From the NCBI GenBank assembly GCA_044869275.1, contig JBIOXB010000014.1, forward strand, positions 27,264 through 91,263: DNA of 64,000 bases, written 5' to 3'. Origin of the DNA: a bacterium. GTDB lineage: Bacteria; Zhuqueibacterota; Zhuqueibacteria; Zhuqueibacterales; Zhuqueibacteraceae. Of the stretch, positions 41,874 to 51,592 are shown in pieces. Under the pieces are notes generated by a model. That model was not told the origin of the DNA. It saw only the letters and a program-made list of their open reading frames with translations, and did no database searches. Numbering within the stretch: position 1 is the first letter of the stretch; every line of letters begins with the position of its first letter. The translations under genes were made by a program, and so were the position numbers.

Positions 41874-41945
41874 GGTGCACGCGGATTAAAAAACCACGCG
41901 GATAGTTCAAAAATTCCCGTGTGGTCTTTTGATCCGCGTGTAACC
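41874..41945. repeat. Nested CGGAT/ATCCG palindromic repeat
   Basis: CACGCGGAT..CCACGCGGAT..ATTCCCGTGTGG..GATCCGCGTG. Confidence 0.6.
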
Positions 41946-42031
41946 ATTTTGGTTGTGACTCTGTCGCGCTGCGCGCTCAGCGTCTGTGCATTGACAAGCT
42001 GTTGCATTCTCACGCCAACGCAGAACGATCG

Positions 42032-43714
42032 TCATTTTTCGTCCACCCACTTCATCGCCGGATGTTTCAAATGAAAATCCGTCGCCTGTTGATAAGCATT
42101 CGCGGCGGCAAGCACTGTGGCCTCGTCATATAATCTCCCCATGAAACTGATGCTGGTCGGGCTGCCCTTTTGATCAAAACCATTTGGCACGGTCACGCAG
42201 GGATGCCCGGTGAGATTGGTCAACAGCAGATTATTGCCGCCGAAGGAGGGTGCAATGTAGACGTCGATGTCCTTCAGGGTCGTCGCCATTTCCTGAATCA
42301 GCATCGCACGCGCGCGATTGGCCTGCACGTACTCCACGGCCGGAATGAAACGCGCCGAGCGAAAGGCATTGGGCCAGGCATTTTTGATTTGCCGCACGAG
42401 CAGATCGTCCCGGCCTGAAAGGGTGAGATCGTCAAACGCCGCCGCGGCTTCCGCGCTCAAAATCACGGTCATTGCTTCCACCGGCAGTTTCGGCAGTTCC
42501 AGAGGCATGAGCTGCGCCCCCAATGCACGCAGCTTTGCCAGGCATGCTTCATTCGTCACGCGATAGGTTGAATCCTGCTCGAAGTCTTTCTGCAAATACC
42601 CAATGCGCCATTGGCTGAGTTTGGCATTGGGCGCGTAATTGAAAGGCAGATCAACCACCGTTTGATCAAGGCCATCCGGTCCATAAATCGCATTGAACAC
42701 TAGCGCGCAATCTTCCACGGTGCGGCACAGCGGCCCGATCTTGTCCATGGACCAGCTCAACGCCATCGCGCCGGTGCGGCTCACGCGGCCATACGTCGGC
42801 CGCAAGCCGGTGACGCCGCATCGCGTTGCAGGCGAGACAATCGAACCCCACGTTTCCGTACCGATCGCGAACGCCACCAGCCCCGCCGCCGTTGCCGAGG
42901 CCGAGCCTGCGGAAGAGCCGCTCGAGCCTTGTTCCAGATTCCAGGGATTGCGCGTTTTGCCGCCGTACCACACGTCGCCCCACGCCAGCTCGCCCATCGT
43001 CAATTTCGCCACCAGTACCGCGCCGGCGGCTTCGAGCCGTTGAATCACCGTCGCATCCTGGTCGATCACTTGCTCTTTGAATGGCACCGAGCCCCAGGTC
43101 GTCTTGTAACCTTTGGTGGCGAGCAAATCTTTTGCCCCGTAAGGAATGCCGTGCAGTGGCCCGCGATTTTTGCCGGCCGCAATTTCGGCGTCGGCGCGCG
43201 CCGCTTGTTGCCGCGCCAGTTCCTCGGTAAGCGTGATCACGCATTCCAACTTCGGGCCGTATTTTTTCAAACGCGCAAGATACATGTTCGTGAGCTGCGT
43301 CGAAGTAATTTTGCGCGTGCGCAGCAACTCAGCCAATTCTCGCACCGAAGCGAAAGCCAAATCTTCCATTTTTGCCGGCGCGGCAACTGGGGGCGGCGCA
43401 CTCAGCACTAAAGGCTTGCGCTGCGTGTCGAATTTCATTCCCACGGGGACCGGATTGAAATGCAGCGCCGGCGGCACGCTGTTGTCGATTTTCAACGCGC
43501 GCAGCTTTTGATAATTGTCGAGGTTCTCCTGCAAATCTCCCAGCAGGGAATCGCGCTTGGCTTCGTTGAAGTGCAGGCCGAAAAGCTGCTCCGCGGCCGC
43601 CACCATCTCGCGCGAAATGGCGATTTTAGATTGCGCTTGAAAGATGGCGCCTAACAAAAAAAAGCAGGAAGCGCCGATGATAAACCCAATGACTGCCGAG
43701 GGACGTGATCGCAT
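42032..43714 (-). CDS. Amidase-signature family enzyme, exported
   Basis: GPLHGIPYGAKD, GSSGSSAGS and GTETWGSIVSP motifs; N-terminal signal/TM segment. Confidence 0.92.
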   Translation of the reverse strand: MRSRPSAVIGFIIGASCFFLLGAIFQAQSKIAISREMVAAAEQLFGLHFNEAKRDSLLGDLQENLDNYQKLRALKIDNSVPPALHFNPVPVGMKFDTQRKPLVLSAPPPVAAPAKMEDLAFASVRELAELLRTRKITSTQLTNMYLARLKKYGPKLECVITLTEELARQQAARADAEIAAGKNRGPLHGIPYGAKDLLATKGYKTTWGSVPFKEQVIDQDATVIQRLEAAGAVLVAKLTMGELAWGDVWYGGKTRNPWNLEQGSSGSSAGSASATAAGLVAFAIGTETWGSIVSPATRCGVTGLRPTYGRVSRTGAMALSWSMDKIGPLCRTVEDCALVFNAIYGPDGLDQTVVDLPFNYAPNAKLSQWRIGYLQKDFEQDSTYRVTNEACLAKLRALGAQLMPLELPKLPVEAMTVILSAEAAAAFDDLTLSGRDDLLVRQIKNAWPNAFRSARFIPAVEYVQANRARAMLIQEMATTLKDIDVYIAPSFGGNNLLLTNLTGHPCVTVPNGFDQKGSPTSISFMGRLYDEATVLAAANAYQQATDFHLKHPAMKWVDEK

Positions 43715-43862
43715 GCTTTCGCTCCTTTTCTCTCATGGAATACGGATGACATTTGCCGTGAAAGTTAACCGATTGTGCACAGAGAGGCAAGAGAATGCTG
43801 ACGGCTTGCCGGCCGGACTCAGGTAGGGAAACGATAACGTTGGAGAGACTCCTTATCGGTTG

Positions 43863-43891
43863 TTGCTTTTTGATATGTCATGAACTAATTT
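43863..43891 (+). promoter_or_regulatory. Possible sigma70-type promoter
   Basis: TTGCTT-N17-TAATTT about 100 bp upstream of 43991. Confidence 0.35.
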
Positions 43892-43990
43892 TTACCAAGT
43901 CTTGGACACAAACCGTGATCGCTGGCCTCTTGCGCCGGGTCGCTGGGGATTCGGCGGTGTCATTCTAGCAGAAGAATACCGGGAGGCCCC

Positions 43991-44963
43991 ATGAAAACTC
44001 TGCATGCATTCCTGCTCATCCTGCAGGCCGTAATCATTCCCGCCGCGTGGGCGCAAGGTCCGGGCTCGGCCGGAGTCCTGTTTCTGTTGATTCAGCCCTC
44101 GCCGCGCGCCAACGGCATGGGCGGAACTTCTGTCGCCTACACGGGAAATGATGCGTTCGCGGTCGCTTTCAATCCCGCGCAGCTAGGCCGCATGTCGCTC
44201 GATTATTCCTTCGTAGCCGAAGTCTATCCCGGTTCAAGTCAATGGTTGCCGCAATTGGCCTCGGGCCTGGGATATGATTCGAAAACCGTGCTCTTAGGTT
44301 ATCCCTTCCAACACTACAATCAAAATAAGACCCTCAGTTTTGGCCTTGCCTATACGCGCGTGTCTTTGGACCTGGGCGAGATCGCCATCACTGACGAGTC
44401 CGGGCCCGAGGTGATCGGCACATTTCACGCCACCGAGCGCGCCAACGTTTGGTCGGCGGGCGTGGGATTCGACGACCTCGTGCAAGGCGGAGTGGGTTTC
44501 AGCTTCAAGGATATTCAATCCAGCCTGGCGGCTGCTCTCTTTCGAGCATGTGCATGAATCGGAACAGTTGCTGGTGCGCATCGATGCGAGCGGGGAGGTC
44601 AGCTATGACGGCTGGTTGGGGGATATTGATTTCTGGGACAACGTTATGCTGCGAAAAGGAGGCGCTGAGATCATCAGCAAGAAGGGATGGGAATTAGGTT
44701 TGGCTGAAATCGTATCTGTTCGCCATGGCCACTATGACGACCCACTTGGCCACTTGTCTTATGACACCGAGGGCGTCGGCTTCAATTTGCACGGTGTTCT
44801 CAAGTTGATACGCCATTTCAACCCTGCCAGCCGGGACGAGACCTGGTTGAATTTCATGTACAATCATCTCGACCTCAGCTACCATGCGAGCCGCCTGAAA
44901 GCTGGTGAAGGGCATCCTCTCTCTGGGACCGAGTTTCAGAGCATCAGAATCAGCGTTTTTTAG
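43991..44963 (+). pseudogene. PorV/PorQ-family gene broken by an apparent internal deletion and frameshift near 44525
   Basis: ORF1 (43991-44557) has a signal peptide and the PorV motif FLLIQPSPRANGMG...AFNPAQL. The barrel C-terminus continues in another frame (WRLLSFEHVHESEQLL...GWELGLAEIVSVRHG..FQSIRISVF). Confidence 0.7.
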
Positions 44964-45008
44964 TGCGATCATTAATCCCGCCACATCCTGGAACAAAAGG
45001 AGTGCACG

Positions 45009-45872
45009 ATGCGAACCTCATCACCCCGGCCGATCTGTGCCATGGCAATGGTCATTACCGCAGCCTGGTCTCTCCCCGCCTTGCTGACGGCGCAATCTAT
45101 CCGGCTGGACGGCCATCAGCATCCCGCCCTCGCACTTGAAATTCTCAAGCCCAATTTTGATGATGCGTTCTTTTTGAGCAACACCACATTTCCAACTTCG
45201 GTGATGTTTCTGTCTCTGCGTTACCCCTTATCGGCCAGGGCGGCGGTGGTGACGGAGCTTCCATTTGCGCATGGCGGCGTTGAATTTTCCACCGGCAGTG
45301 ATGGTGGCGAAAACGTATCCGGGAGCGCCCTCGGCAATCCCTATCTCGGCCTGGAAATAGGTGGAGAGAATTCCCTGTTTTTTGCAGAAATCGGCGCACG
45401 CGCACCGATGACGAGGATAAACAACCTGGGCACGAGCATCGCCGTGCTGGCGGAATTTGCCGAGCGCCTCGAAGCCTTTGTGCCCGATTACCTGCCCCTC
45501 ATCGCGCTGGCCAATTTTCAGTACCGGCACCACAATGGCCTTTCCCTGCGGCTGCGTTGCGGCCCGTCCTTCTGGATCAACACCGAAAGACAGGAAAATG
45601 ATGATGCCACTGAATGGTTCCTGCTCTACAGCGCGCAGGCAGGATATGAAACCGAAACAGTCAGCGTCCAAGGCGGCGCTAACGGGCGGTGGTTTCTAAG
45701 CGTGGGTGAAGGCAGCTTCGGCGAACGCACGGTGCATGAGCTCGGACTGGCCGCCAGCCTTGGCTTGGGCCGAGCGTGGCCAGGTGTGCAATTTCGGCTG
45801 CCACTGGATGCTGATCTAAAGGAAATCTTGGATTTCTCGTTTGGTTTCCATATTGGAATTCGTCTGCGCTGA
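45009..45872 (+). CDS. Putative outer-membrane beta-barrel protein
   Basis: Signal peptide; GNPYLG motif; amphipathic strands ending FSFGFHIGIRL. Confidence 0.65.
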   Translation: MRTSSPRPICAMAMVITAAWSLPALLTAQSIRLDGHQHPALALEILKPNFDDAFFLSNTTFPTSVMFLSLRYPLSARAAVVTELPFAHGGVEFSTGSDGGENVSGSALGNPYLGLEIGGENSLFFAEIGARAPMTRINNLGTSIAVLAEFAERLEAFVPDYLPLIALANFQYRHHNGLSLRLRCGPSFWINTERQENDDATEWFLLYSAQAGYETETVSVQGGANGRWFLSVGEGSFGERTVHELGLAASLGLGRAWPGVQFRLPLDADLKEILDFSFGFHIGIRLR

Positions 45873-45890
45873 GTTCAATAAAGGGGATGC

Positions 45891-45945
45891 CGCACCCTGA
45901 GCTTGTCGAAGGGTGCGAAGTTCAACAATCCGGCTTCGACAAGCT
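45891..45945. repeat. REP-like palindrome (CCCTGAGCTTGTCGAAGGG...CTTCGACAAGCT type)
   Basis: CGCACCCT-GAGCTTGTCGA-AGGGTGCG hairpin plus downstream CTTCGACAAGCT complementary to AGCTTGTCGAAG. Confidence 0.65.
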
Positions 45946-45989
45946 GAAAACCGAAGCTCGTTACGGAGCAGCTTTAGACAAAAAACTCT

Positions 45990-46051
45990 CCAACGGATCA
46001 AAAACGACCAACGGATTATTCTGAATCCGTTGGTCGCTTCCCATCCGTTGG
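45990..46051. repeat. Nested CCAACGGAT/ATCCGTTGG palindromic repeat
   Basis: CCAACGGAT-N6-CGACCAACGGATT-N6-AATCCGTTGGTCG-N6-ATCCGTTGG. Confidence 0.75.
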
Positions 46052-46110
46052 CGAAGAAACTTTCAGATTTTATTCTGACTTTGAGTGCCTTATGGCGTAG
46101 CATGAGGCGC

Positions 46111-47001
46111 TCAATCATCCGCACGGCTTTCCCGGCCGCGCCGCGACGACGGGCTGCGCTTTTCTTCATCACGCGACTGCAGCTGTTTTGGCGATTCTTT
46201 ACGCTCCCGGCGCGAGTGCGGCGAAGAGACGCTTGCGACCGGACCCTGCTCTTTTTCTGGCGTGCGAGCAGGATAAGCGACTCGTCTCACCTCCGCGTCA
46301 CGCCTTTCATACGTTCTTCTTTCCGGTTCTGCCGGCACGCGCTCCGGTGGTGCAAACCGCGGCTCATAGCCGCGTTTGTCATAATCGCGTTTTTTGTAAT
46401 GGGGTTTGGATCTCCCATAGCGGTAGTCGCGCTCCGGGCCGCGGCAAATGACTCGCGGGCGAACGTAAACCGGTTTCACGACGAACACTGGCGCGCAACG
46501 CGTGCCCAAGTGGATGCGGACATCCGCTTCCACGCGCGCGAAGATGCCTGGAAAATCAAAGCGCGCATAAATGATGGGGCTCGTTCTGATCACCAGACCA
46601 GCCTCGACAAAACTTCTCTCCAGCCACGGCGCGAGCACTACCGGCTCGGGCGTATAGATCACACCAATTTGCGCGTCACCTTCTTCTTCATCATACAAAT
46701 AAACATCCTCCGCCAAATCGCTGAGATAGTAAATGCGATCGGGGCGAAGCTCATGCTGGCGATGATACGGCCGCGGGTAGAGGACTTCCACATTTCCATA
46801 GGGCGTGATCTGATAAACGGTGACATAGCCGCGCTCGCTCAACCGCAAAAAAACTTCCAGGTGCGCGTCGTCGTATGGATCGTCAGGGCATGGCGCCGTC
46901 CACATTTCCACGCGCGCCTCGCGCGAGTGATGTGCGTTCGCCGTTTGCCAGCCCAACATTATGGCCAGCGCAAGAAGCACAGTGAAACAGCTCTTTCTCA
47001 T
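46111..47001 (-). CDS. Secreted DUF4384-like protein with Arg/Glu-rich C-terminal tail
   Basis: Signal peptide; L.V.LR.SERGYVTVYQI.PYGNVEVLYP pattern typical of DUF4384; AGGAG RBS. Confidence 0.7.
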   Translation of the reverse strand: MRKSCFTVLLALAIMLGWQTANAHHSREARVEMWTAPCPDDPYDDAHLEVFLRLSERGYVTVYQITPYGNVEVLYPRPYHRQHELRPDRIYYLSDLAEDVYLYDEEEGDAQIGVIYTPEPVVLAPWLERSFVEAGLVIRTSPIIYARFDFPGIFARVEADVRIHLGTRCAPVFVVKPVYVRPRVICRGPERDYRYGRSKPHYKKRDYDKRGYEPRFAPPERVPAEPERRTYERRDAEVRRVAYPARTPEKEQGPVASVSSPHSRRERKESPKQLQSRDEEKRSPSSRRGRESRADD

Positions 47002-47138
47002 GGCAACACTCCTGCAATTTGGTCGAGAGAATCAGAAGACGATTTCATGATGTTGTTCCGCACTGCCACCGGCAAGGTGTCGTCTTGTTTGTGGATCATG
47101 GCAAAAGGCTTTGGCCAGCGTCATTACCTCTTCGTTTT

Positions 47139-47155
47139 TGCAACGGACGTGCCAG
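47139..47155 (-). promoter_or_regulatory. Sigma54 (-24/-12) promoter for the DUF4384-like gene
   Basis: Minus strand CTGGCACGTCCGTTGCA matches TGGCAC-N5-TTGCA exactly. Confidence 0.75.
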
Positions 47156-47368
47156 GCATATATGCTTTTCAAACTTCGCCAATCCGCCCGCCGGTGTCGG
47201 GTGGAAAGTTCTATTTGCCATGGATTTGCCTACCCTCGTTCGCGCATTGCAAACTGTCGAAATACACACGTTTTTTGTGTCTGGAACGAAACTGTGAGGT
47301 AGGCAAGACAGCTGGGCTGTGGTGTCTTTACTCAGATGTGTCAAAACACTATGCAGGATGCGGGCGGA

Positions 47369-47412
47369 GAAGTCAGACCTGAACGCAAAGGGCTGAGATG
47401 GCGTTTCAACTC
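47369..47412 (+). repeat. RAYT-flanking repeat, copy 1 (left half only)
   Basis: GAAGTCAGACCTGAACGCAAAGGGCTGAGATGGCGTTTC, nearly identical to 48151-48189. Confidence 0.8.
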
Positions 47413-47529
47413 GAGGTGTCCATCCCGAAGCCTCGGGATCGCTCGAAACGAATAAAAGCGCTTGCAACTGGCAGGAGAAAAGCTATTCTGTAAGCAGTCT
47501 ATCCAACAATGATTTTGAACGAGGGGCCG

Positions 47530-48123
47530 ATGAATCGCCGCATGAAGCTGCTCACCGGGCACATTTATCACCTGTACAATCGCGGCAACCGCAAGGCGCC
47601 GATTTTCCATAATGATCGCGACTTTCTTTATTTCCTGCGGCGACTGCGAGACTATTTGGAATCCTACCCCGTCACACTGATCGCCTATTGCTTGATGCCC
47701 AACCACTATCACCTGCTGGCGCGGCAGGATGGCGAAAACGCTGTTTCTCTCATGATGCAAGCCTTTGGCACTAGCCTGAGCAAGACCTACAATGAGAAAT
47801 ATCGCACCGTAGGTTCGCTGTTACAAGGGCCGTTCCGCGATGAACACGTGGGAGACGCCGGTTATTTGATGCGCGTGGCAGGCTATCTCCATCGCAATCC
47901 GGTGAAGGCGAGATTGTGCCGCAAGCCGGAGGACTGGCCGTACTCAAATTTTCGCGATGTGATCGGAAAGCGCGCGGGAGTTCTCTGCGACTTTTCACCC
48001 TTGCTGAAACTTTTTGCCAATGATGCCATGCTCTATCAGGAGTTTGTGCTCGATCCTCTTGCCGATGATTGGGAGCCAAAGTTGATGCGCAAAATCCGAG
48101 CACGAGAACAGCGGCAGCGCTGA
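47530..48123 (+). mobile_element. REP-associated tyrosine transposase (RAYT, Y1 HUH family)
   Basis: YHLYNRGN..A.IF, AYCLMPNHYHLL (HUH), YLHRNPVKA.L and WPYS motifs; no TnpB partner. Confidence 0.9.
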
Positions 48124-48150
48124 CAAAACCCGGGAAAGGCACAACCCGGG

Positions 48151-48215
48151 GAAGTCAGACTTGGACGCAAAGGGCTGAGATGGCGTTTCGATTCTTTGAG
48201 TCCAAGTCTGACTTC
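48151..48215. repeat. RAYT-flanking repeat, copy 2 (complete, 16-bp perfect terminal inverted repeat)
   Basis: GAAGTCAGACTTGGAC ... GTCCAAGTCTGACTTC. Confidence 0.85.
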
Positions 48216-48325
48216 GCTCAAGTGTGGTTTTGGGACAAGGCCAGCTACCTTCGCTTTTGCTTGAAAACGTTGTGTTGGCTGAGGCAGCATAACCGCGGCC
48301 TTTATCCAACCAAGGCAAAGTGAGG

Positions 48326-48391
48326 GGAGTCAGCCCCAGACACGCGGAGCTTGAGATGGGAACTCGATTCTTTGAGACAAAGTCTGGCTTC
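48326..48391. repeat. RAYT-flanking repeat, copy 3 (degenerate)
   Basis: GGAGTCAG...TGAGATGG..TCGATTCTTTGAG..AAGTCTGGCTTC. Confidence 0.65.
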
Positions 48392-48410
48392 ACTCGATAC
48401 GCGAATTGAT

Positions 48411-48447
48411 AAAAACAAAAAAGGCGCAGGCAGATGCCTGTGCCTTT
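48411..48447 (-). terminator. Intrinsic terminator of ahcY
   Basis: Minus strand AAAGGCACAGGCA-TC-TGCCTGCGCCTTT followed by TTTTGTTTTT. Confidence 0.8.
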
Positions 48448-48466
48448 CAAACAAAACAACTCAACC

Positions 48467-49831
48467 TTAATACCGATAATAATCCGGCTTGAACGGCCCG
48501 GTAACCGGCACGCCCAAATAATCTGCTTGCTCTTTGTTCAGCGTGGTCAGCTTCACACCCAGCTTGCCCAAATGCAAACGCGCGACTTTTTCGTCGAGGT
48601 GTTTGGGCAAAGTGTAAACGCCGATCTCGTACTTGTTGTTGAACAACTCGATTTGCGCCAGCACTTGATTGCAGAAGGAATTGGACATCACGAAAGAAGG
48701 ATGCCCCGAGGCGCAGCCCAGGTTTACCAGGCGGCCTTCGGCCAGCAGCAGAATCGCACGGCCATCCGGGAAAACGTACTTGTCCACCTGCGGCTTGATT
48801 TCGATTTTCTTGATGCCGGCGAAGGCATTCAACTGCGCCACTTGAATCTCGACGTCGAAGTGCCCGATGTTGCACACGATGGCACCGTCTTTCATTCGCT
48901 TGATGTGATCGATGGTGATGATGTCTTTGCAGCCGGTCGCGGTCACGAAAATATCGGCTTTGGCCACGTAGTCTTCGATCGTCGCGACTTCATAGCCTTC
49001 CATCGCAGCCTGCAGCGCGCAAATGGGGTCGATTTCGGTCACGATCACACGCGCGCCAAACGCCCGCAGCGATTGCGCCGAGCCTTTGCCCACCTCGCCA
49101 AAACCCGCGACCACCGCGATCTTGCCCGCGATCATCACGTCGGTCGCGCGCTTGATGCCGTCGGTCAGCGATTCGCGGCAGCCATAAAGGTTGTCGAATT
49201 TGCTTTTGGTCACGGAATCGTTGACGTTGAACGCCGGCACTTTGAGCTTGCCGTCTTTCAAGTTTTTGTACAGCGCATGCACGCCCGTGGTGGTCTCTTC
49301 GGAGATGCCTTTGATGCCCGGCAACAATTCCGGACGCTTTTCATGCACCCAATGCGTGAGATCGCCGCCGTCGTCGAGGATCATGTTCGGGCCCTGGCCA
49401 TTGTCAAATTTCAGCGTTTGATCGATGCACCACCAGTATTCTTCCTCGCTCTCGCCTTTCCACGCGAACACGGGAACGCCGGCGGCGGCAATGGCAGCGG
49501 CGGCATGATCTTGCGTCGAAAAGATGTTGCACGAAGACCAGCGCACTTGTGCGCCGAGCTTCGCCAGCGTTTCGATCAGCACCGCGGTTTCAATAGTCAT
49601 GTGCAAGGAGCCGGCGATGCGCGCGCCCTTGAGCGGCTGCTTGGTGCCGTATTCTTCCCGCAATGCCATGAGGCCCGGCATTTCTTTTTCGGCCAATTCG
49701 ATTTCTTTCCGGCCCCATTCGGCGAGTTTGAGGTCGGCGACTTTGTAATCGCTGAAGGAAGAACCGGTTGCGCCTTTGCCGTTGGCACTCACGGTTGCGG
49801 TTTTTGGGTTGACGACTTCCGTTTCGAACAT
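48467..49831 (-). CDS. ahcY: Adenosylhomocysteinase
   Basis: [39 protein letters not shown] and GHPSFVMS motifs; AGAGGA RBS before ATG 49831. Confidence 0.98.
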   Translation of the reverse strand: MFETEVVNPKTATVSANGKGATGSSFSDYKVADLKLAEWGRKEIELAEKEMPGLMALREEYGTKQPLKGARIAGSLHMTIETAVLIETLAKLGAQVRWSSCNIFSTQDHAAAAIAAAGVPVFAWKGESEEEYWWCIDQTLKFDNGQGPNMILDDGGDLTHWVHEKRPELLPGIKGISEETTTGVHALYKNLKDGKLKVPAFNVNDSVTKSKFDNLYGCRESLTDGIKRATDVMIAGKIAVVAGFGEVGKGSAQSLRAFGARVIVTEIDPICALQAAMEGYEVATIEDYVAKADIFVTATGCKDIITIDHIKRMKDGAIVCNIGHFDVEIQVAQLNAFAGIKKIEIKPQVDKYVFPDGRAILLLAEGRLVNLGCASGHPSFVMSNSFCNQVLAQIELFNNKYEIGVYTLPKHLDEKVARLHLGKLGVKLTTLNKEQADYLGVPVTGPFKPDYYRY

Positions 49832-49887
49832 GATGATCCTCTTTTTAAAGAATGAAAATCCAAAACGCAAAAATCCATGTTACAACG

Positions 49888-50823
49888 CTAAATATTCTTG
49901 CTTGCTTGCACCAGCAGCACTTTCATATTCTTGCTCTTGTTCAGAACTTCGGCTTTATCCACAGTAAATCCTGCTGCGCGCAACCATTTGGAGACGTCGG
50001 CCTTTTTGAATCCCAGCCACAGGTCCGCATACTGCTCGCGCATTTCGGCAATATCGTGCTGCTGCAAATCCGCAATGATAAACCGGCCACCCCTCTTGAT
50101 GATACGATAAACTTCCTTGATCGCCGCCGCGGGATGGGACACGTGATGCAACACCATACACGCCACCGCCGCGTCCACCGCGCGATCAGAAATGGGCAAA
50201 TGCTCCAGCTCGCCGAGGCGAAATTCGCAGCGCGAACGGTGCTGCGGCAATTGCTGTGCGACATAATCGGCCGCCACCTTCAGCATGGTTTGCGAGGAAT
50301 CAACGGCCGTGACATGAGAAAATCTTTGCAGCAGCTCGGGAAGCAGCAAGCCGGCGCCCGCTCCCAGATCAGCCACGGATTCTTTGTGGGACGGCACAAG
50401 CTCCAGCACTTGCTCGCGATAGTTGTTGCTGTCAAGCACTTCACGCTGCAGTTTTTCCCATTCCGGGCCGACGCGATTGAAATATTTCTGGCTCAATGAA
50501 CGCCGTCGCTGCACGATGGATTCGAGGTGCTGCAAGTCGCCTTCACACTCCGGCAATGCTTTCGCGCCGTGGAGTGCGATCGGCATGGTCCTGGCCAAAT
50601 CCGAATCTTCGCCATTCGTGGCCAGGGAGTAATAAATCCAATTGCCCTCCCGGCGATTGGTGAGCAATTTGCTGTCCGTCAGGATTTTCAAATGCCGCGA
50701 GATGCGGGACTGGCCCATGCGCAAAATTTCCAGCAACTCATTGACGTTGAAGTCGCCCTGCGACAGAATGGCAAGCAGGCGCAACCGCGTGGGATCACTC
50801 AAGGCTTTGAAAACGTGTAACAT
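49888..50823 (-). CDS. sahR: ArsR-HTH plus SAM-binding methyltransferase-fold regulator (SahR family)
   Basis: FKALSDPTRLRLL..QSRISRHLK.L..RREG.W..Y followed by ADLGAGAG and MVLHH; directly upstream of ahcY. Confidence 0.88.
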   Translation of the reverse strand: MLHVFKALSDPTRLRLLAILSQGDFNVNELLEILRMGQSRISRHLKILTDSKLLTNRREGNWIYYSLATNGEDSDLARTMPIALHGAKALPECEGDLQHLESIVQRRRSLSQKYFNRVGPEWEKLQREVLDSNNYREQVLELVPSHKESVADLGAGAGLLLPELLQRFSHVTAVDSSQTMLKVAADYVAQQLPQHRSRCEFRLGELEHLPISDRAVDAAVACMVLHHVSHPAAAIKEVYRIIKRGGRFIIADLQQHDIAEMREQYADLWLGFKKADVSKWLRAAGFTVDKAEVLNKSKNMKVLLVQASKNI

Positions 50824-50838
50824 ATTTTTAAGAAAATA

Positions 50839-50888
50839 ACTATATCAAGATTTATTGATATAGTACGGTTGTTGGAGCAAAAATGCAA
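50839..50888 (-). promoter_or_regulatory. SahR operator palindrome overlapping a sigma70 promoter
   Basis: ACTATATCAA-GATTTA-TTGATATAGT (50839-50864); minus strand TTGCAT-N17-TACTAT (50888-50860). Confidence 0.85.
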
Positions 50889-51003
50889 ATGGAATTTTGG
50901 GATTTTTTTAGGAGGGGTCGAGAGCTCGGATAGCAGGGAGAAAAAGGTGGAAAGAATCTTGCTTCATGCCTAGACAGTAAAACTCATAGGATCAAATGAT
51001 GAA

Positions 51004-51240
51004 TCAGCGATAAACCGCAATGGGTACGGATTCTGTTCGTTCCGGTTCTTTTTGGCCCTTTGCAATTTGATCGACCTGATGCAACACTTTTGCGCCATAA
51101 TAGTGGTGCCCGCATTGATCACAAACTCCTACAGGCACATTTTCTAGAATAACTAGGCCGTTTTTGTGACGAAATATCTCTCGTGGCAAGATTTGTTCGC
51201 GAACCGTGCCACTACAATACTCACACCGATCGTGGTCCAT
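51004..51240 (-). CDS. YgiT/MqsA-type zinc-finger protein (putative antitoxin)
   Basis: CEYC...VILENVPVGVCDQCG.YY motif. Confidence 0.88.
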   Translation of the reverse strand: MDHDRCEYCSGTVREQILPREIFRHKNGLVILENVPVGVCDQCGHHYYGAKVLHQVDQIAKGQKEPERTESVPIAVYR

Positions 51241-51243
51241 GTT

Positions 51244-51537
51244 TCAATCCTCACATTGAATTTCGTAAATCGTAACAATGCGGTATCGCCCTGACGCCAG
51301 AAACCTCCCAATCGTGCAAATTCTTGTCTCGGAATGCTTTCCCGGGCCATGAATAGTGTATTTGTCGCCAAGAAAGTCACCTTTCTGAATTCGTACGATG
51401 CGACCAGACAACATCGAGCTTTCGACCTCCAGAATACTCAGCTCATCGTCGGCCATTTCGTCGTTCGCATGTGTAGTTAACTCATAGCTGCCGGATCGAA
51501 CACACGCACGAATCTTCCCCAACACTTTGCTTGCCAT
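51244..51537 (-). CDS. DUF4258-family putative toxin
   Basis: Y.LTTHA.DEM..DEL....VE......G.I and C-terminal IVTIYE; paired with the zinc-finger gene. Confidence 0.85.
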   Translation of the reverse strand: MASKVLGKIRACVRSGSYELTTHANDEMADDELSILEVESSMLSGRIVRIQKGDFLGDKYTIHGPGKHSETRICTIGRFLASGRYRIVTIYEIQCED

Positions 51538-51592
51538 TCCGCCCCCTCAGCTTGAATCGAAGTGCAATAAAATAATCATTATTTATTGACAT

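Noticed and set aside
45913..47382. 489-aa plus-strand ORF
   Set aside because: It runs through repeat elements and antisense to the DUF4384-like gene, which has an RBS, signal peptide and promoter.
47369..48391. CRISPR array or IS200/IS605 element
   Set aside because: Only three unevenly spaced, degenerate units with no spacers, cas genes or tnpB; fits a RAYT with REP-like repeats.
48434..49855. 473-aa ORF antisense to ahcY (likewise 32195-33355 opposite eno and 1148-2806)
   Set aside because: Mirror-frame shadows of conserved genes on the opposite strand.
49832..49887. SAH/SAM riboswitch before ahcY
   Set aside because: The gap is only 56 bp, AT-rich and has no riboswitch motif; regulation is explained by SahR.
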